A stretch of DNA of 64,000 nt from Cyanobacteria bacterium auto_48_18 (GCA_036170915.1 JAVHQC010000016.1:32001-96000), one strand, 5' to 3'; counted from the stretch's first letter, positions 28,199 through 38,348 are shown. Notes: a model not told the origin generated them from the sequence alone. Made by a program: numbers and translations.

Positions 28199-30370
28199 TC
28201 AGCAGCAGCGCATCGGAGGATTATTCATATCAGAAGCAACACTGTTGTTACCTGCCTCTCTTTGAGCCAGAGCTTCAGTGCTGATTTCCCCGGCCTGGCT
28301 GTGGCTTTCGAGCCTTTCCCTGTCTGGCTTGAGCCAGCTTTTTATTGACTCAAAAAGAATGATCAGAACTAGCACAATAAACAAGCCACCAAGAGCGGCG
28401 TCAAGATAATCATTGAAAATCAGCACGCTGGTGGTGGCACTTTCTTGAGTACTTAGACCAGTCTTAATTTTATTCTCGAGCATATGAGCGTGGGCGAGAA
28501 AACCCAGTTTAGAGTCGGGCGAAAATATTTTCAAATAACCAGCCGTCAGTGTAACTGTAAGCAAAAATGACAGTGGCAGCAGAGTTACCCATGCATACTG
28601 GCGTTTGCCCATAGAGATGATGCAAGAAGTAGCGACACAAAGTGCCACCACGGCGAGCAGCTGATTACTAATTCCAAATAGTGGCCAAAGGCTGTTGATA
28701 CCGCCGAGAGGGTCGATTACACCTTGATAAAGAAAATAACCCCAGCCGCCTACAACCAGCGCTGAACTGAGCACCACAGCGGGGTACCAGTCAGTGCGCC
28801 CTAATGGTTTATATAGCAATCCGAGAAAATCTTGCAAAAGGAAACGGCCCACCCTTGTGCCCGCATCAAGGCAAGTCAAAATAAAGAGTGCTTCGAACAT
28901 AATGGCAAAGTGATACCAGAATGAAATTGTCAATTCCGATAATCCTTTAATTGGCAATGCCGCAAGCACTCGAGCAAATATGTGAGCCATTCCCACAGCC
29001 AGGGTGGGCCCGCCGCCGGTGCGGCCCCAGAGATTTTCTTCGCCCATATCGTGAGCCAGTGTTTGCATTTGCCCATCGCTCACCGGATATCCCCATGAGG
29101 TGATAGTGGCGGCTGCCTGCACATGATTTTCTCCCACCACACCCTTGGGTGAATTGATGGCAAAGTAAGTGCCGGGTGCAATGACGCAAGCTGAAATAAT
29201 GGCCATGATGGCCACGGCCGCTTCGCAGAGCATGCTGGCATAGCCAATCGGACGAGCATGAGTTTCGCGAGCAATCATTTTAGGAGTGGTGCCGGATGCC
29301 ACCAGTGAGTGGAAACCGGAAATGGCACCACAAGCAATGGTGATAAAGCAGAAAGGAAAAATATTGCCATTAAAGAGTGGCCCCTGGCCGTCTACAAATA
29401 TGGTCAGGGCAGGCATTTCTAAATCAGGTCGAAGCAGTAAAATGCCGAAAGCCAGCAAACTGATAATTCCTACTTTCAAAAAGGCTGACAAATAGTCTCG
29501 CGGCGCAAGAAGTATCCAGACTGGTAAAACTGATGCGATGAAGCCATAAACCATGACCGAAATCGCTAGCTGGGTGCCGCTTAAAGTAAAGAAGGCCCCC
29601 CAGGCCGGGTCTTGTGCTACCCATTTTCCTGCCACCACAGCCAGTATCGTCAGGATCACACCGATGGTAGAGCCTTCCATGATTTTTTCCGGCCGCAATA
29701 TTTTCATGTACAGACCTACCGCCATGGCTATAGGTACCGTGGCAAGCAGAGTAAAAGCGCCCCATGGGCTGGCCTTGAGGGCGTTGACAATAACTAAAGC
29801 CAGTACTGCCATTAAGATCATCATGATCAGTAAAATTGCAATTAGAGCAACGAAGCCTGCCAGGGGGCTGATTTCGTCTTTTGCCATTTGCCCCAGTGAC
29901 TTGCCGCCCCGGCGCATGGAAGCGCATAAAATAACAAAGTCTTGCACCGCCCCTGCTACCACAACTCCGACGATTATCCAGAGCGTGCCGGGTAAAAAGC
30001 CAAACTGGGAGGCCAGAATAGGCCCCACTAGCGGACCAGCGCCGGCAATAGCTGCAAAGTGATGGCCGAATAACACCCATTTGTGTGTGGGCACATAATC
30101 TTTGCCATCGTCAACAATTACAGCTGGTGTGGTGTGGCAATCTTGCAGAACAAAAACTTTCTCTGCTAAAAATTTGCTGTAAAAACGATAAGCCACGGCA
30201 AAGGTGCATGAGCTGGCGAGAATGAGCCAGACCGCGTTTACTTTTTCGCCTCGACTGCATGCCAGTGTATAGAGCGAATATAAGGCTATTAGGGCTATTG
30301 GCACCCATATGGCCGCAGCTCTTATTGAACTTCTATTTTTAGACTTTGAGTCAATCACTGGGTCAGTCAT
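28199..30370 (-). CDS. cstA: Carbon starvation protein A (CstA/BtsT peptide or pyruvate transporter family)
   Basis: [37 protein letters not shown] and [13 protein letters not shown] motifs. C-terminus PPMRCC. Confidence 0.95.
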   Translation of the reverse strand: MTDPVIDSKSKNRSSIRAAAIWVPIALIALYSLYTLACSRGEKVNAVWLILASSCTFAVAYRFYSKFLAEKVFVLQDCHTTPAVIVDDGKDYVPTHKWVLFGHHFAAIAGAGPLVGPILASQFGFLPGTLWIIVGVVVAGAVQDFVILCASMRRGGKSLGQMAKDEISPLAGFVALIAILLIMMILMAVLALVIVNALKASPWGAFTLLATVPIAMAVGLYMKILRPEKIMEGSTIGVILTILAVVAGKWVAQDPAWGAFFTLSGTQLAISVMVYGFIASVLPVWILLAPRDYLSAFLKVGIISLLAFGILLLRPDLEMPALTIFVDGQGPLFNGNIFPFCFITIACGAISGFHSLVASGTTPKMIARETHARPIGYASMLCEAAVAIMAIISACVIAPGTYFAINSPKGVVGENHVQAAATITSWGYPVSDGQMQTLAHDMGEENLWGRTGGGPTLAVGMAHIFARVLAALPIKGLSELTISFWYHFAIMFEALFILTCLDAGTRVGRFLLQDFLGLLYKPLGRTDWYPAVVLSSALVVGGWGYFLYQGVIDPLGGINSLWPLFGISNQLLAVVALCVATSCIISMGKRQYAWVTLLPLSFLLTVTLTAGYLKIFSPDSKLGFLAHAHMLENKIKTGLSTQESATTSVLIFNDYLDAALGGLFIVLVLIILFESIKSWLKPDRERLESHSQAGEISTEALAQREAGNNSVASDMNNPPMRCC

Positions 30371-30398
30371 TTTGTATGCGCCGTGTTTCCTTTTACTA

Positions 30399-31691
30399 TC
30401 AAGTCAGAAGACCGGCCAGGGTGGCTGACAAATAAGAAGCGAGGGTGCCGCAAATCAGTGCCTTTACACCAAGCCGGGCCAGATCTTCGCGGCGGTTGGG
30501 GGCAATTTCACCAATGCCGCCAATTTGAATGGCAATGGAAGAGAAATTGGCAAAACCGCAAAGCGCAAATGTAGCGATAGTTTCAGCCTGTGCGGTTAGT
30601 GTATTGGTTGGGCTCTTGAGCATATTAGAAAGATCGGTATAAGCCACAAATTCGTTGATAACCAGCTTCTCGCCCATTAGACGGCCGACTGTGTGAGCGT
30701 CTTGCCAGGGCACGCCTAGAACAAATGCCACAGGAGCAAAAAGTGCGCCGAAGATTCCTTTCAATTCCAGGTGGGCAAGGTCGAGGCCGACGCCATCAAG
30801 GCGCAAACCCCAGATGTACAACCAGTTGCCCGCCCAGCCGATGACAGCGTCGCAGAGCGCAATTAGAGCAATGAAAGCAATGAGCATGCCGACCACATTA
30901 AGGCCAATGCGCAAACCTTCTGAGGCACCATGGGCGGCGGCATCGATAATATTAGCCTGAGTGCGTTTTACTTCTACTTTTACTTCGCCTTGAGTATCTG
31001 AAACTTCAGTTTCGGGCCAGACGATTTTGGCAATCACAAGGGCTCCAGGAGCAGCCATAATGCTGGCTGTAAGCAAGTAGGATGCTTTGATACCAAGGCC
31101 GATATAAACGGCCAACACACCACCAGCCACACAGGCCATAGATCCCGCCATTGATGCCAGCAGTTCCGACATGGTCATTGTGGGCACATAGGGTTTGATC
31201 AAAAGCTGCGCTTCTACCTGACCGACAAAAACCGAACCGGCATTAGAAAGCGCCTCGGCGCCACTGGCACCCATGGTGACAGAAACTATTTTGGCCACGA
31301 TCTGCACAAATTTTTGCATGATGCCGAGGAAATAAGAGATGCTCACCAGGCTGGAGACAAAAATAATTGTGGGTACAACGCGAAAAGCGAAAATATAATC
31401 GGCTCCTGGGCCAAAGACTGCCACTAACTTTTCAGGGTTGTTGACCAGAGGGCCAAAGACAAAACCGGCACCTTTGTCTGAAAAATGCAAAAGCTGAGTA
31501 ATGCCATCGCCCAAACTGCGAAAGAGCATCTGGCCAAACTCAATTTTGAGCACGAAAATTGCCAGGAGCAACTGTAAAACCAAGCCTGAAATCACCAGGC
31601 GATAGTTGATTTTTTTGCGATTGTTCGACATCAGGTAAGCGGTGCCCAGTATGAGCACAAAGCCGACCAGACCCATTAGTTTGGGGGGCAT
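30399..31691 (-). CDS. NupC/CNT concentrative nucleoside transporter
   Basis: [22 protein letters not shown] and [18 protein letters not shown] motifs. ATG 31691 is the likely start. Confidence 0.93.
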   Translation of the reverse strand: MPPKLMGLVGFVLILGTAYLMSNNRKKINYRLVISGLVLQLLLAIFVLKIEFGQMLFRSLGDGITQLLHFSDKGAGFVFGPLVNNPEKLVAVFGPGADYIFAFRVVPTIIFVSSLVSISYFLGIMQKFVQIVAKIVSVTMGASGAEALSNAGSVFVGQVEAQLLIKPYVPTMTMSELLASMAGSMACVAGGVLAVYIGLGIKASYLLTASIMAAPGALVIAKIVWPETEVSDTQGEVKVEVKRTQANIIDAAAHGASEGLRIGLNVVGMLIAFIALIALCDAVIGWAGNWLYIWGLRLDGVGLDLAHLELKGIFGALFAPVAFVLGVPWQDAHTVGRLMGEKLVINEFVAYTDLSNMLKSPTNTLTAQAETIATFALCGFANFSSIAIQIGGIGEIAPNRREDLARLGVKALICGTLASYLSATLAGLLT

Positions 31692-32037
31692 GCAGCCTCT
31701 ATTGTCTATTGCTTGCGAATAACCCGGCAACTATAACTCAGTGGCGCCCGCTTATGCCCCGGCGGCTGCTCTGCTTATTTAGCTTTAAGGAAGGATCACC
31801 TCAAAAGGGCAGTCTAAAGTTCCATAGTATTTTCTAAAACTTGGCCTTAAGTATAAATTCTGCTGCCCCAAACGTCGACAGGTGCAACCGCCTCGTGGCT
31901 CTGCTCCATCTTAAACTCGGTGGGCAACTCGATAGCTCACGGGCTTATCGAACCGAATACGGTGCCGTGGGCTTACAATTACGATAATTTGTACAGAATG
32001 GCAAAGTGTCTAGCTGGCAAAAAGGAGAAAGTAAACT

Positions 32038-32484
32038 TTGATCTTCCCAAAAGCCTGTCTTTGCAATTTTTTCACCGTAGTACTACTGAGTTTTACAGCA
32101 ATTTTTTGTAGGTGCGAAGCGCAAAACTTAGTAGATTTCGAGCAAACTATTCTGAATGCAAAAGAGCTAGAGACGCGCTATACAATGTACGATCACTCCA
32201 AAAGCGCCAATTTTCGAGCATACGAGCAACTTTTAAACAAAGGTGGAAAAATTAAGCAGAGGCTTTTAAAAATGTTTCCAAAAGCCTCACCGGCGGGAAA
32301 ATTTTATATAGTCATGCTGCTCTATAAAACTTCCCCTAAAGATGGATTAGCTGCCTTAAAAGGTCTCTCTTCGGACAATTCAAAAGTAAGATATAGAAGA
32401 GGTTGCATTGGTGAGATGTTCACTGTCGCAAGATTAGCGGCAAAATTTCAAAATGAGCTACCGCAAAATTATCTTGAGAATTGA
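32038..32484 (+). CDS. Hypothetical exported protein, AT-rich
   Basis: 148-aa ORF with a signal-peptide-like N-terminus, visibly more AT-rich than neighbours. Confidence 0.5.
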   Translation: MIFPKACLCNFFTVVLLSFTAIFCRCEAQNLVDFEQTILNAKELETRYTMYDHSKSANFRAYEQLLNKGGKIKQRLLKMFPKASPAGKFYIVMLLYKTSPKDGLAALKGLSSDNSKVRYRRGCIGEMFTVARLAAKFQNELPQNYLEN

Positions 32485-32692
32485 AAGCAGCTAAATGTTT
32501 AGTGGTGGTGTCCCCTTCTTAGAATCTGTCACTAAGCAGGTGTAGGAAGCTCAGAAGGTGACAGGCGGGGTAAAAGCAAATTACAAATTCCACAAATTCT
32601 CAGCACCAGCTCTGAATGAGGTAACAATGAATTCGGTTGGAGATATTTTGCGCTCATTTGCCTGAGGCAGCGGCCAGCCAGGGCTCAGCTAG

Positions 32693-33589
32693 TTAGGCTT
32701 GCTGCAAGGGTTTAGGTTCCACCGGTTGACCGATAATGTCGCCGGTTGTTTTATTGTATTGCTCCATGGCTTTTTGTTTGAGCATAAAGGCATCACTGCT
32801 CTTGCCGCTCATCTCAAGCACTTGGGCCATTACATAACGACTGGCGGCCTGTTCGCCGGCAGCTTTAAGCAGGGGCTCTTGAGCTTTCTGCAGCGCCTCG
32901 GTGGCTTTCGTTAGATTGACTTCGGCAGCCTTGGCAATATCAAAACTTTTGAGCACATCAGGATATTCACCCACTGATTTACGCAATTCAGCTGTCAAGG
33001 CTGGGCTCAAGTCATCATTTTGCATGAGATTAATCATGCCTGCCACCTTTTCGCGCTTTTCTTCAGGCACTTCTTTCAGGTTCGCATTCATAGCCTGAAC
33101 CCGGGTCATGAATGCGGAAGCTTTAAAACTGACGTCGCGCCTTGCCAGGTTGAGATCACCCCACTGAGAGGCCACGGTGTCTACATAATCTTGGTCAGTC
33201 TGTTTAATCGCTGCTTCAAATTTGGGCACAAAGCGCCCAGCAGCCTGCTTTGGATCGCTTTCCAGCGACAGTTCTTTAGCTGCATCGCGGGCTAGATTAA
33301 GTCCAGGTCCAAGCTTTTCTGGCGGCAAACTAATTAGATACTTGAGAATATCTTTGTCTTGTTTTTTATCGCTGGGAGCTGCGGGTTTATCGCTGCCTTC
33401 AATCTTCTCTGACTTTTCTGACTTCTCTTGCTTGTCTGCTGCATCAACAAGAATCAAATTGCTCAGGGGAAAGTCTTTTCCGCTGGTCTTTAAACCCAGA
33501 GTCTTAAATTGGACCATTTCGTCCTGTAATGCAGTGCCCACGGGTTCAGACGGTTCGGGGATGAATCTTTCTAGCTCTGGTTGGGCCAT
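32693..33589 (-). CDS. Hypothetical helical protein
   Basis: 298-aa ORF with an AAGGAG RBS. Confidence 0.75.
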   Translation of the reverse strand: MAQPELERFIPEPSEPVGTALQDEMVQFKTLGLKTSGKDFPLSNLILVDAADKQEKSEKSEKIEGSDKPAAPSDKKQDKDILKYLISLPPEKLGPGLNLARDAAKELSLESDPKQAAGRFVPKFEAAIKQTDQDYVDTVASQWGDLNLARRDVSFKASAFMTRVQAMNANLKEVPEEKREKVAGMINLMQNDDLSPALTAELRKSVGEYPDVLKSFDIAKAAEVNLTKATEALQKAQEPLLKAAGEQAASRYVMAQVLEMSGKSSDAFMLKQKAMEQYNKTTGDIIGQPVEPKPLQQA

Positions 33590-33696
33590 AATTTGCGCTC
33601 CTTAGCTTTGCCATAGTTTGGGGCTAGTACGCCAAAGACACAACACGGTTATTCCCATGGTGGAATTATTGCCAAAATAGCGTCTGAACTTTCAGC

Positions 33697-33764
33697 GATA
33701 GCAGATCTGATACCAAGCGCGATACCAGATCTGATGACATCAGTGATGACATAAATGATGCATG
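33697..33764. repeat. Degenerate 12-bp tandem array (GAT-initiated units)
   Basis: gatagcagatct/gataccaagcgc/gataccagatct/gatgacatcagt/gatgacataaat/gatgcatg. Confidence 0.6.
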
Positions 33765-34112
33765 TTAGTGCTCCAGGGTCACACCAACATAATCTTGCCT
33801 TTTAAAATCGAGCTGCTTAAAGAATGTTTTATAGCCTGGTTTTCTAACTTCCAGCAGATGAGGGCCGTTATTGAGGTGACACCAGAATGCGCCTCCGCTC
33901 AGCCCTGAATTGTTGGCAGTTTTTATCATTCCCAGATATGCTCCGTCAACAAAAACGACTCCACCAACTGATTCTGAGTCGCCGTTTAAAAACAAATTGG
34001 AATTTCGCTGGCCGGTTGAGCGGGTTTCAGCAAATAGCAATGCCAGTACAGCAGCAGCAATAAAAAGCCAGACCCTGGGTGCCTGAGAGCGTTTTGGGGC
34101 GTAGTGCGACAC
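33765..34112 (-). CDS. PEGA domain protein
   Basis: N-terminal TM; G..VFVDG..LG...L..G.H.LEVRKPGYK motif. Confidence 0.7.
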   Translation of the reverse strand: MSHYAPKRSQAPRVWLFIAAAVLALLFAETRSTGQRNSNLFLNGDSESVGGVVFVDGAYLGMIKTANNSGLSGGAFWCHLNNGPHLLEVRKPGYKTFFKQLDFKRQDYVGVTLEH

Positions 34113-36502
34113 TACCTGGCACCGTCTTTAGGATTGGCCGGCAGCCATAGACTGGGTGCTGCATAAGGCATCAAGCGACCAGAGCCTTCCTTATCTGTTG
34201 GAGAAGCACTGGAGCTACTGGTGGGAGTATTTGAAGCTGAACTAGAGGTGGATGACGAAGTGGGAGTTGAAGCCGGTGAACTAGAGGCAGAACCAGGAGT
34301 TGGTGCTGAGGCTGCGGCTGGTGCCGACGCAGGGCCAGGAGCAAATGCTGGAGCATCACCAGTGCTGCCGGTCACAGATGGTGCAATCGCCGGTGCGGAA
34401 CTGCTCGTAGCAGGCGAAACCGGCGAAACCTGTGAACCCGGTGTGCCTGGCGTAACATCGGTGACATTTTCATTGGTGCCAGGCTGGGGAGCACCATCTG
34501 TGTGGTCAGTGGGCGATGAGTCTAAAGGCTTAGCAACTGGTGGAGCATCCGGATTTTTAGCCAGCTGATCACCCGACTTTTTGATGTCGTCAGGTGAGAT
34601 TGGTGACGGAGCCATGAAGCTGCCTGGCGGAGTTGGTCTGGCCTTGTAAAATGCTTCGTTGTAGTCATGCCAGATTTTAGCCATGATTACGCCACCAGTG
34701 ACGTTTTTACCTTCGATGGCTTTGTTTTCATCATTGCCGCCCCAGACTGCGGTCACCATATCTGGTGTGAAGCCGATGAACCAGATATCTTTGCCTTCAT
34801 CAGCGGTGCCGGTTTTACCAGCTACCGGCCGGTCTGTTAGCTTAGCCTGGGTGCCAGTTCCCCATTTGACGCAATCTTGCATGCACTCAACTAAGCGAGC
34901 CACTGGTTCAACCTGAAAAGCCCGGTCAGCTTTGGGATCAAATATTTCAATCACCTGGCCGCGGTTGTTTTCAATTTTGCGAATTACTTGAGGCTTAATG
35001 GCAATACCAAAGCGAGCCAGCGTTGAATAAGCGCCTGCCATTTCCAGCGGTGAAGCAGCGGAACTACCAAGAGCAAGTGATAAATTTGGATCGAGTTTAG
35101 CTGTGACGCCAGCCAACCTCGCTGTTTCTACAACGCTTTCCATGCCGACCATTTGCCCAACTTTAACTGCCGGAACGTTGCGTGAAAGAGCAAGACAACG
35201 ACGAACAGGAATGCGGCCGTAAAATTTACGGTCAAAGTTCTTCGGCGCGTAAGCAGGTAAACCCCAAGGTTGTTTTATTACCAGCGGACTATCATCAATA
35301 ATGCTGTCGGGTGTCAAAACGTTTTTGCTAAATGCAGTCAGGTAGACAAATGGCTTAAATGATGAGCCCACAGTGTGAATATTGGTAGCGCGGTTGAACT
35401 GGTTTTTCCAGAAATTACCCACGCCCCCTACCAGTGCCACCACTTCGCCACCGCTCACCGACACTGAAACCAGAGCACCCTGTGTTACACCTTTTGGTGC
35501 CTTTTTAATGCCTTCATTTAGTGTCTTCTCTGCTAAGTCTTGAGCCAGTGGATCTAAATTGGTATAAACGCGCAGACCCTGCCGCCGCATTTCGGCCTGG
35601 CTGAAGCGCTCGCGCAAAACTTGCAGTACATAACTTATGTAGTACGGATATTTTTGCAGCGAGTTGGTGCCTTTTTTAAAGGAAAGCTTTTCTTTTTTTG
35701 CTGCTGTTGCTTGAGTCTCTGAGATGTAGCCATACTCAACCATTTTGTCGATGATTTCTTTTTGTCTGCTGTATGCAGCTGCGCGGTTTTGTGGCAGACC
35801 TAATTCGGAAGGAGCTTTAACCAGACCAGCAAGAAAAGCTGCTTGCGCCAGTGATAGCTGTGCTGCACTGCGGTCAAAATAACGGGAAGCGGCGCGCTCA
35901 ATACCATAGGCGTTGTTGCCGAAATAAACCTGGTTGAGATACATGCTGAGAATGCGTTCTTTGCTGTAATGCTGCTCAAGGTTCCAGGCTACATATGCTT
36001 CTTTGACTTTACGATCATAAGTGCGGCCGGCGTCGGCAAAGAACAGATTTTTCGCCAGCTGCTGGGTGATGGTTGAGCCGCCTTCTTTGACGTGACCGGC
36101 AACAGCGTTGGCCATTGAAGCGCGGGCGATACTATAAAGGTTGATACCATTGTGTTCGTAAAAGTGGTGATCTTCAGCGGCAAGAATAGCTTGCTGCATT
36201 TTTGTGGAAATTTGGTTAAGTGGCACTACACGCCTGTCTTCATCGCCTTCCACTGTGCAAATCATGTGGTCTTGTTTGTCAAAAATTTGAATTGCTTCAA
36301 TCGGTTCGAAGCGTTCTACGATAGTAATATCGGGCAACTCTTGAATGTGTTTATAAAGAGAAGCGCCACCATAACCCATTCCCACGGCCAGCACAACAAA
36401 GCCCACCACGAGTGAACGTTTCATCCAGGTGCCGGCAGTGCTCAAAGCTCCCTGGTTTTTTCGCCTGGCGACTGATCTTCGATTGGAATTAGTCTTGGCC
36501 AA
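34112..36502 (-). CDS. Class A penicillin-binding protein (PBP1A family transglycosylase/transpeptidase)
   Basis: EDHHFYEH, GGSTITQQLAKN and RKVKE glycosyltransferase motifs; SSFK, SRN and KTGT transpeptidase motifs; Ser/Pro/Ala-rich tail. Confidence 0.95.
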   Translation of the reverse strand: MAKTNSNRRSVARRKNQGALSTAGTWMKRSLVVGFVVLAVGMGYGGASLYKHIQELPDITIVERFEPIEAIQIFDKQDHMICTVEGDEDRRVVPLNQISTKMQQAILAAEDHHFYEHNGINLYSIARASMANAVAGHVKEGGSTITQQLAKNLFFADAGRTYDRKVKEAYVAWNLEQHYSKERILSMYLNQVYFGNNAYGIERAASRYFDRSAAQLSLAQAAFLAGLVKAPSELGLPQNRAAAYSRQKEIIDKMVEYGYISETQATAAKKEKLSFKKGTNSLQKYPYYISYVLQVLRERFSQAEMRRQGLRVYTNLDPLAQDLAEKTLNEGIKKAPKGVTQGALVSVSVSGGEVVALVGGVGNFWKNQFNRATNIHTVGSSFKPFVYLTAFSKNVLTPDSIIDDSPLVIKQPWGLPAYAPKNFDRKFYGRIPVRRCLALSRNVPAVKVGQMVGMESVVETARLAGVTAKLDPNLSLALGSSAASPLEMAGAYSTLARFGIAIKPQVIRKIENNRGQVIEIFDPKADRAFQVEPVARLVECMQDCVKWGTGTQAKLTDRPVAGKTGTADEGKDIWFIGFTPDMVTAVWGGNDENKAIEGKNVTGGVIMAKIWHDYNEAFYKARPTPPGSFMAPSPISPDDIKKSGDQLAKNPDAPPVAKPLDSSPTDHTDGAPQPGTNENVTDVTPGTPGSQVSPVSPATSSSAPAIAPSVTGSTGDAPAFAPGPASAPAAASAPTPGSASSSPASTPTSSSTSSSASNTPTSSSSASPTDKEGSGRLMPYAAPSLWLPANPKDGAR

Positions 36503-36593
36503 TTTTTACTCTTTGATTTTTCAATCAACAGCAGATGCTGACATTATATATATTAAGTCGCCAGGGTTCAGTTTCGGTCAAATTCAGGTAAAG

Positions 36594-36625
36594 AAAAAAA
36601 GCGAGCCTGCTTAGACCCGCTTTTT
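36594..36625 (-). terminator. Intrinsic terminator downstream of the xerC-like gene
   Basis: Minus strand GCGGGTCT-aagc-AGGCTCGC followed by T7. Confidence 0.7.
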
Positions 36626-36661
36626 CTCATTAACTTAGCTTCAGACTGGAGTCTTTAACTA

Positions 36662-37711
36662 TCAGGCCCGTGGATGGGTGTTCATGTATACCCGCCGCAA
36701 GCGGTCAAGGCTGACATGAGTATAAATCTGCGTGGTGTTGATAGTGGTGTGACCGAGCAGGTCTTGCACTACACGCAGGTCAGCTCCGCCTTCGAGCAAG
36801 TGGGTGGCGAACGTGTGTCTCAAGGTGTGAGGGGTGATTGGCTTGTTGATACCGGCCTTGAGGGCATATTTCATCACGATTCTGTGAACTGAGCGCGAAG
36901 ACAATCTTGTAGCCTGACGGCTAACAAAGAGTGGATGTTCGGCCTGAGGCGTACGGCCTTCGGCGAGCTTGGTCCAGGTTTCGCTTAGATATTTTTTCAG
37001 CCAGCTGTGTGCACTCTGGTTGAGCAACACAACACGCTCTTTGCCACCTTTACCCAGAACGCGCATTTCCATGCCTTCCTGGTTATAGTCTTGCACTCTC
37101 AAACCACATAGTTCGCTTACACGCATACCTGTAGCGTAGAGGGTCTCCATTAATGCGCGGTCGCGCACGCCTAGAACCGAATTAGTGTCAGGCGACATGA
37201 GCAGGCGAACAATTTCTTCTTTGTCGAGACAGGCTGGCAAACGGCGAGTGAGCTTAGGCCCACGCACTTGTTTTGACGGATCTTCGTCGATCAATTGTTC
37301 TCTTCTTAAATAGCGATAGAAAGAACGGATGGCCGAAATCTTTCTGGCTACAGTAGGTCGTGAATATTGTTCTTGAATCTGACGAATATAAGCGCGCAAG
37401 CCTTCTGCTTCAAGCCAACCGGAACCAGCTTCGCTATTAATTCTGGTATCGGCTGTAGTATCGCCATTATTATCAGTCGCATGCGCAGTATTAACTACTG
37501 TAGCGGTACCAATACTGGTATCACTGACAGTATTATCTGTAGCAGCTGTAGCACCTGATTCGGCACTAGCAGTGATATCACTGCCAATCAGCTGTTTGAG
37601 ATCGTTCATGTAAGCGCGAATGGTATGAGATGAGTAGTTGCGTTCTACTTCTAAGTAGCCTGCAAACTGGTTGAGCCAGTTCTTGTGAGCGTTAGGCAGG
37701 CTTATTTCCAT
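36662..37711 (-). CDS. xerC: Tyrosine recombinase, XerC-like
   Basis: YS.HT..AY..DL, RK.SA.RSFY, TGMRVSEL, GKGGKER, HTLRHTFATHLL..GADLR.VQ.LLGH and TTQIYTHV motifs. GAGG RBS before ATG 37711. Confidence 0.8.
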   Translation of the reverse strand: MEISLPNAHKNWLNQFAGYLEVERNYSSHTIRAYMNDLKQLIGSDITASAESGATAATDNTVSDTSIGTATVVNTAHATDNNGDTTADTRINSEAGSGWLEAEGLRAYIRQIQEQYSRPTVARKISAIRSFYRYLRREQLIDEDPSKQVRGPKLTRRLPACLDKEEIVRLLMSPDTNSVLGVRDRALMETLYATGMRVSELCGLRVQDYNQEGMEMRVLGKGGKERVVLLNQSAHSWLKKYLSETWTKLAEGRTPQAEHPLFVSRQATRLSSRSVHRIVMKYALKAGINKPITPHTLRHTFATHLLEGGADLRVVQDLLGHTTINTTQIYTHVSLDRLRRVYMNTHPRA

Positions 37712-38005
37712 AGAACCTCGTGCATTATTTGACATGGTATCCGGCAGGCCGATATTGAGTCCTCCAGATTGCGTTCCACTTGTACTATGAGTGTCCGAGG
37801 TTCCATTTTGAAAAGTCACAGTTAACCGTCTTTCTAGATTTAGTAATTGATGTGCACCACAATAACAATTATGAGAACTTTGAAAGCTTTGTAAAGACCC
37901 CAACAGTCACCATCTGTGATGTCATGGGGCGAATAGGGTTTCAATTATCGGCTGCGCCGATAAAAAAAGCGGTGTCATCCATGGTGGCGTAAAGTCACTA
38001 ATGAT

Positions 38006-38101
38006 CGGGGATGCGTGGGAATCGAACCCACCCAGGGCAGCGTAAATCTACCCCGCAACGGTTTTGAAGACCGCACACCACACCAGCGATGCTCCATCCC
38101 C
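38006..38101 (-). tRNA. selC: tRNA-Sec (anticodon TCA)
   Basis: Minus strand: GGGGATGG-AG-CATCGC-TGGT-GTGGTG-T-GCGGT-CT-TCA-AA-ACCGT-TGC-GGGGTAG-ATTTACG-CTGCCCT-GG-GTGGG-TTCGATT-CCCAC-GCATCCCC-G. It has a 6-bp D stem with 4-nt loop, a long variable arm, an extended acceptor and a G discriminator. Confidence 0.93.
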
Positions 38102-38318
38102 ATAGAGCTGCTCAATTGCTGAGGTTCGTCCAAAGCAAGGTGAACTGCCGATCTTAGTAACTTATGTAAGTTTCATGGGCATTAAGAAAAACAAAAGTTA
38201 TTAATGAAATTTTATGAAGCAGAGCAATGCCTCAGCGGGCGAGGTGCTCGGGGATCGTGTAAAACTTCTAATAGCGGTTGTAAGGAGCCCAAGAACGTCA
38301 CAGTTCCCTACATTTGCA

Positions 38319-38348
38319 TTGACAATATAAGAGAGTAATACGTATAGT
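38319..38348 (+). promoter_or_regulatory. sigma70-type promoter of the rpoB operon
   Basis: TTGACA (38319-24) - N18 - TATAGT (38343-48), about 90 bp upstream of rpoB. Confidence 0.7.

Noticed and set aside
28170..28201. Sec readthrough of the cstA TGA stop (RCC-U)
   Set aside because: The downstream sequence is AT-rich with no hairpin and runs into the next gene's start. The RCC motif is already complete.
29424..30080. Long alternative-frame and antisense ORFs within cstA (similar ones occur in rpoC1, rpoC2 and the RND gene)
   Set aside because: They are shadow ORFs fully inside well-supported genes and have no recognisable motifs.
33697..33764. Possible CRISPR array
   Set aside because: Units are 12 bp, contiguous and degenerate, with no spacers and no cas genes.
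37712..37903. N-terminal extension of the xerC ORF given in the track
   Set aside because: It has no Xer similarity, and a better RBS/ATG lies at 37711 (alternative ATG at 37735).
36662..38101. Integrase next to selC suggesting a genomic island
   Set aside because: The recombinase has housekeeping XerC/D signatures and is followed by a class A PBP gene. I saw no duplicated tRNA 3' end (att site) in the window.
38145..38172. dif-like site (TTATGTAAGTT resembles an XerD arm; palindrome AACTTA-TG-TAAGTT)
   Set aside because: There is no plausible XerC arm at 6-bp spacing. It is more likely part of the selC promoter region.
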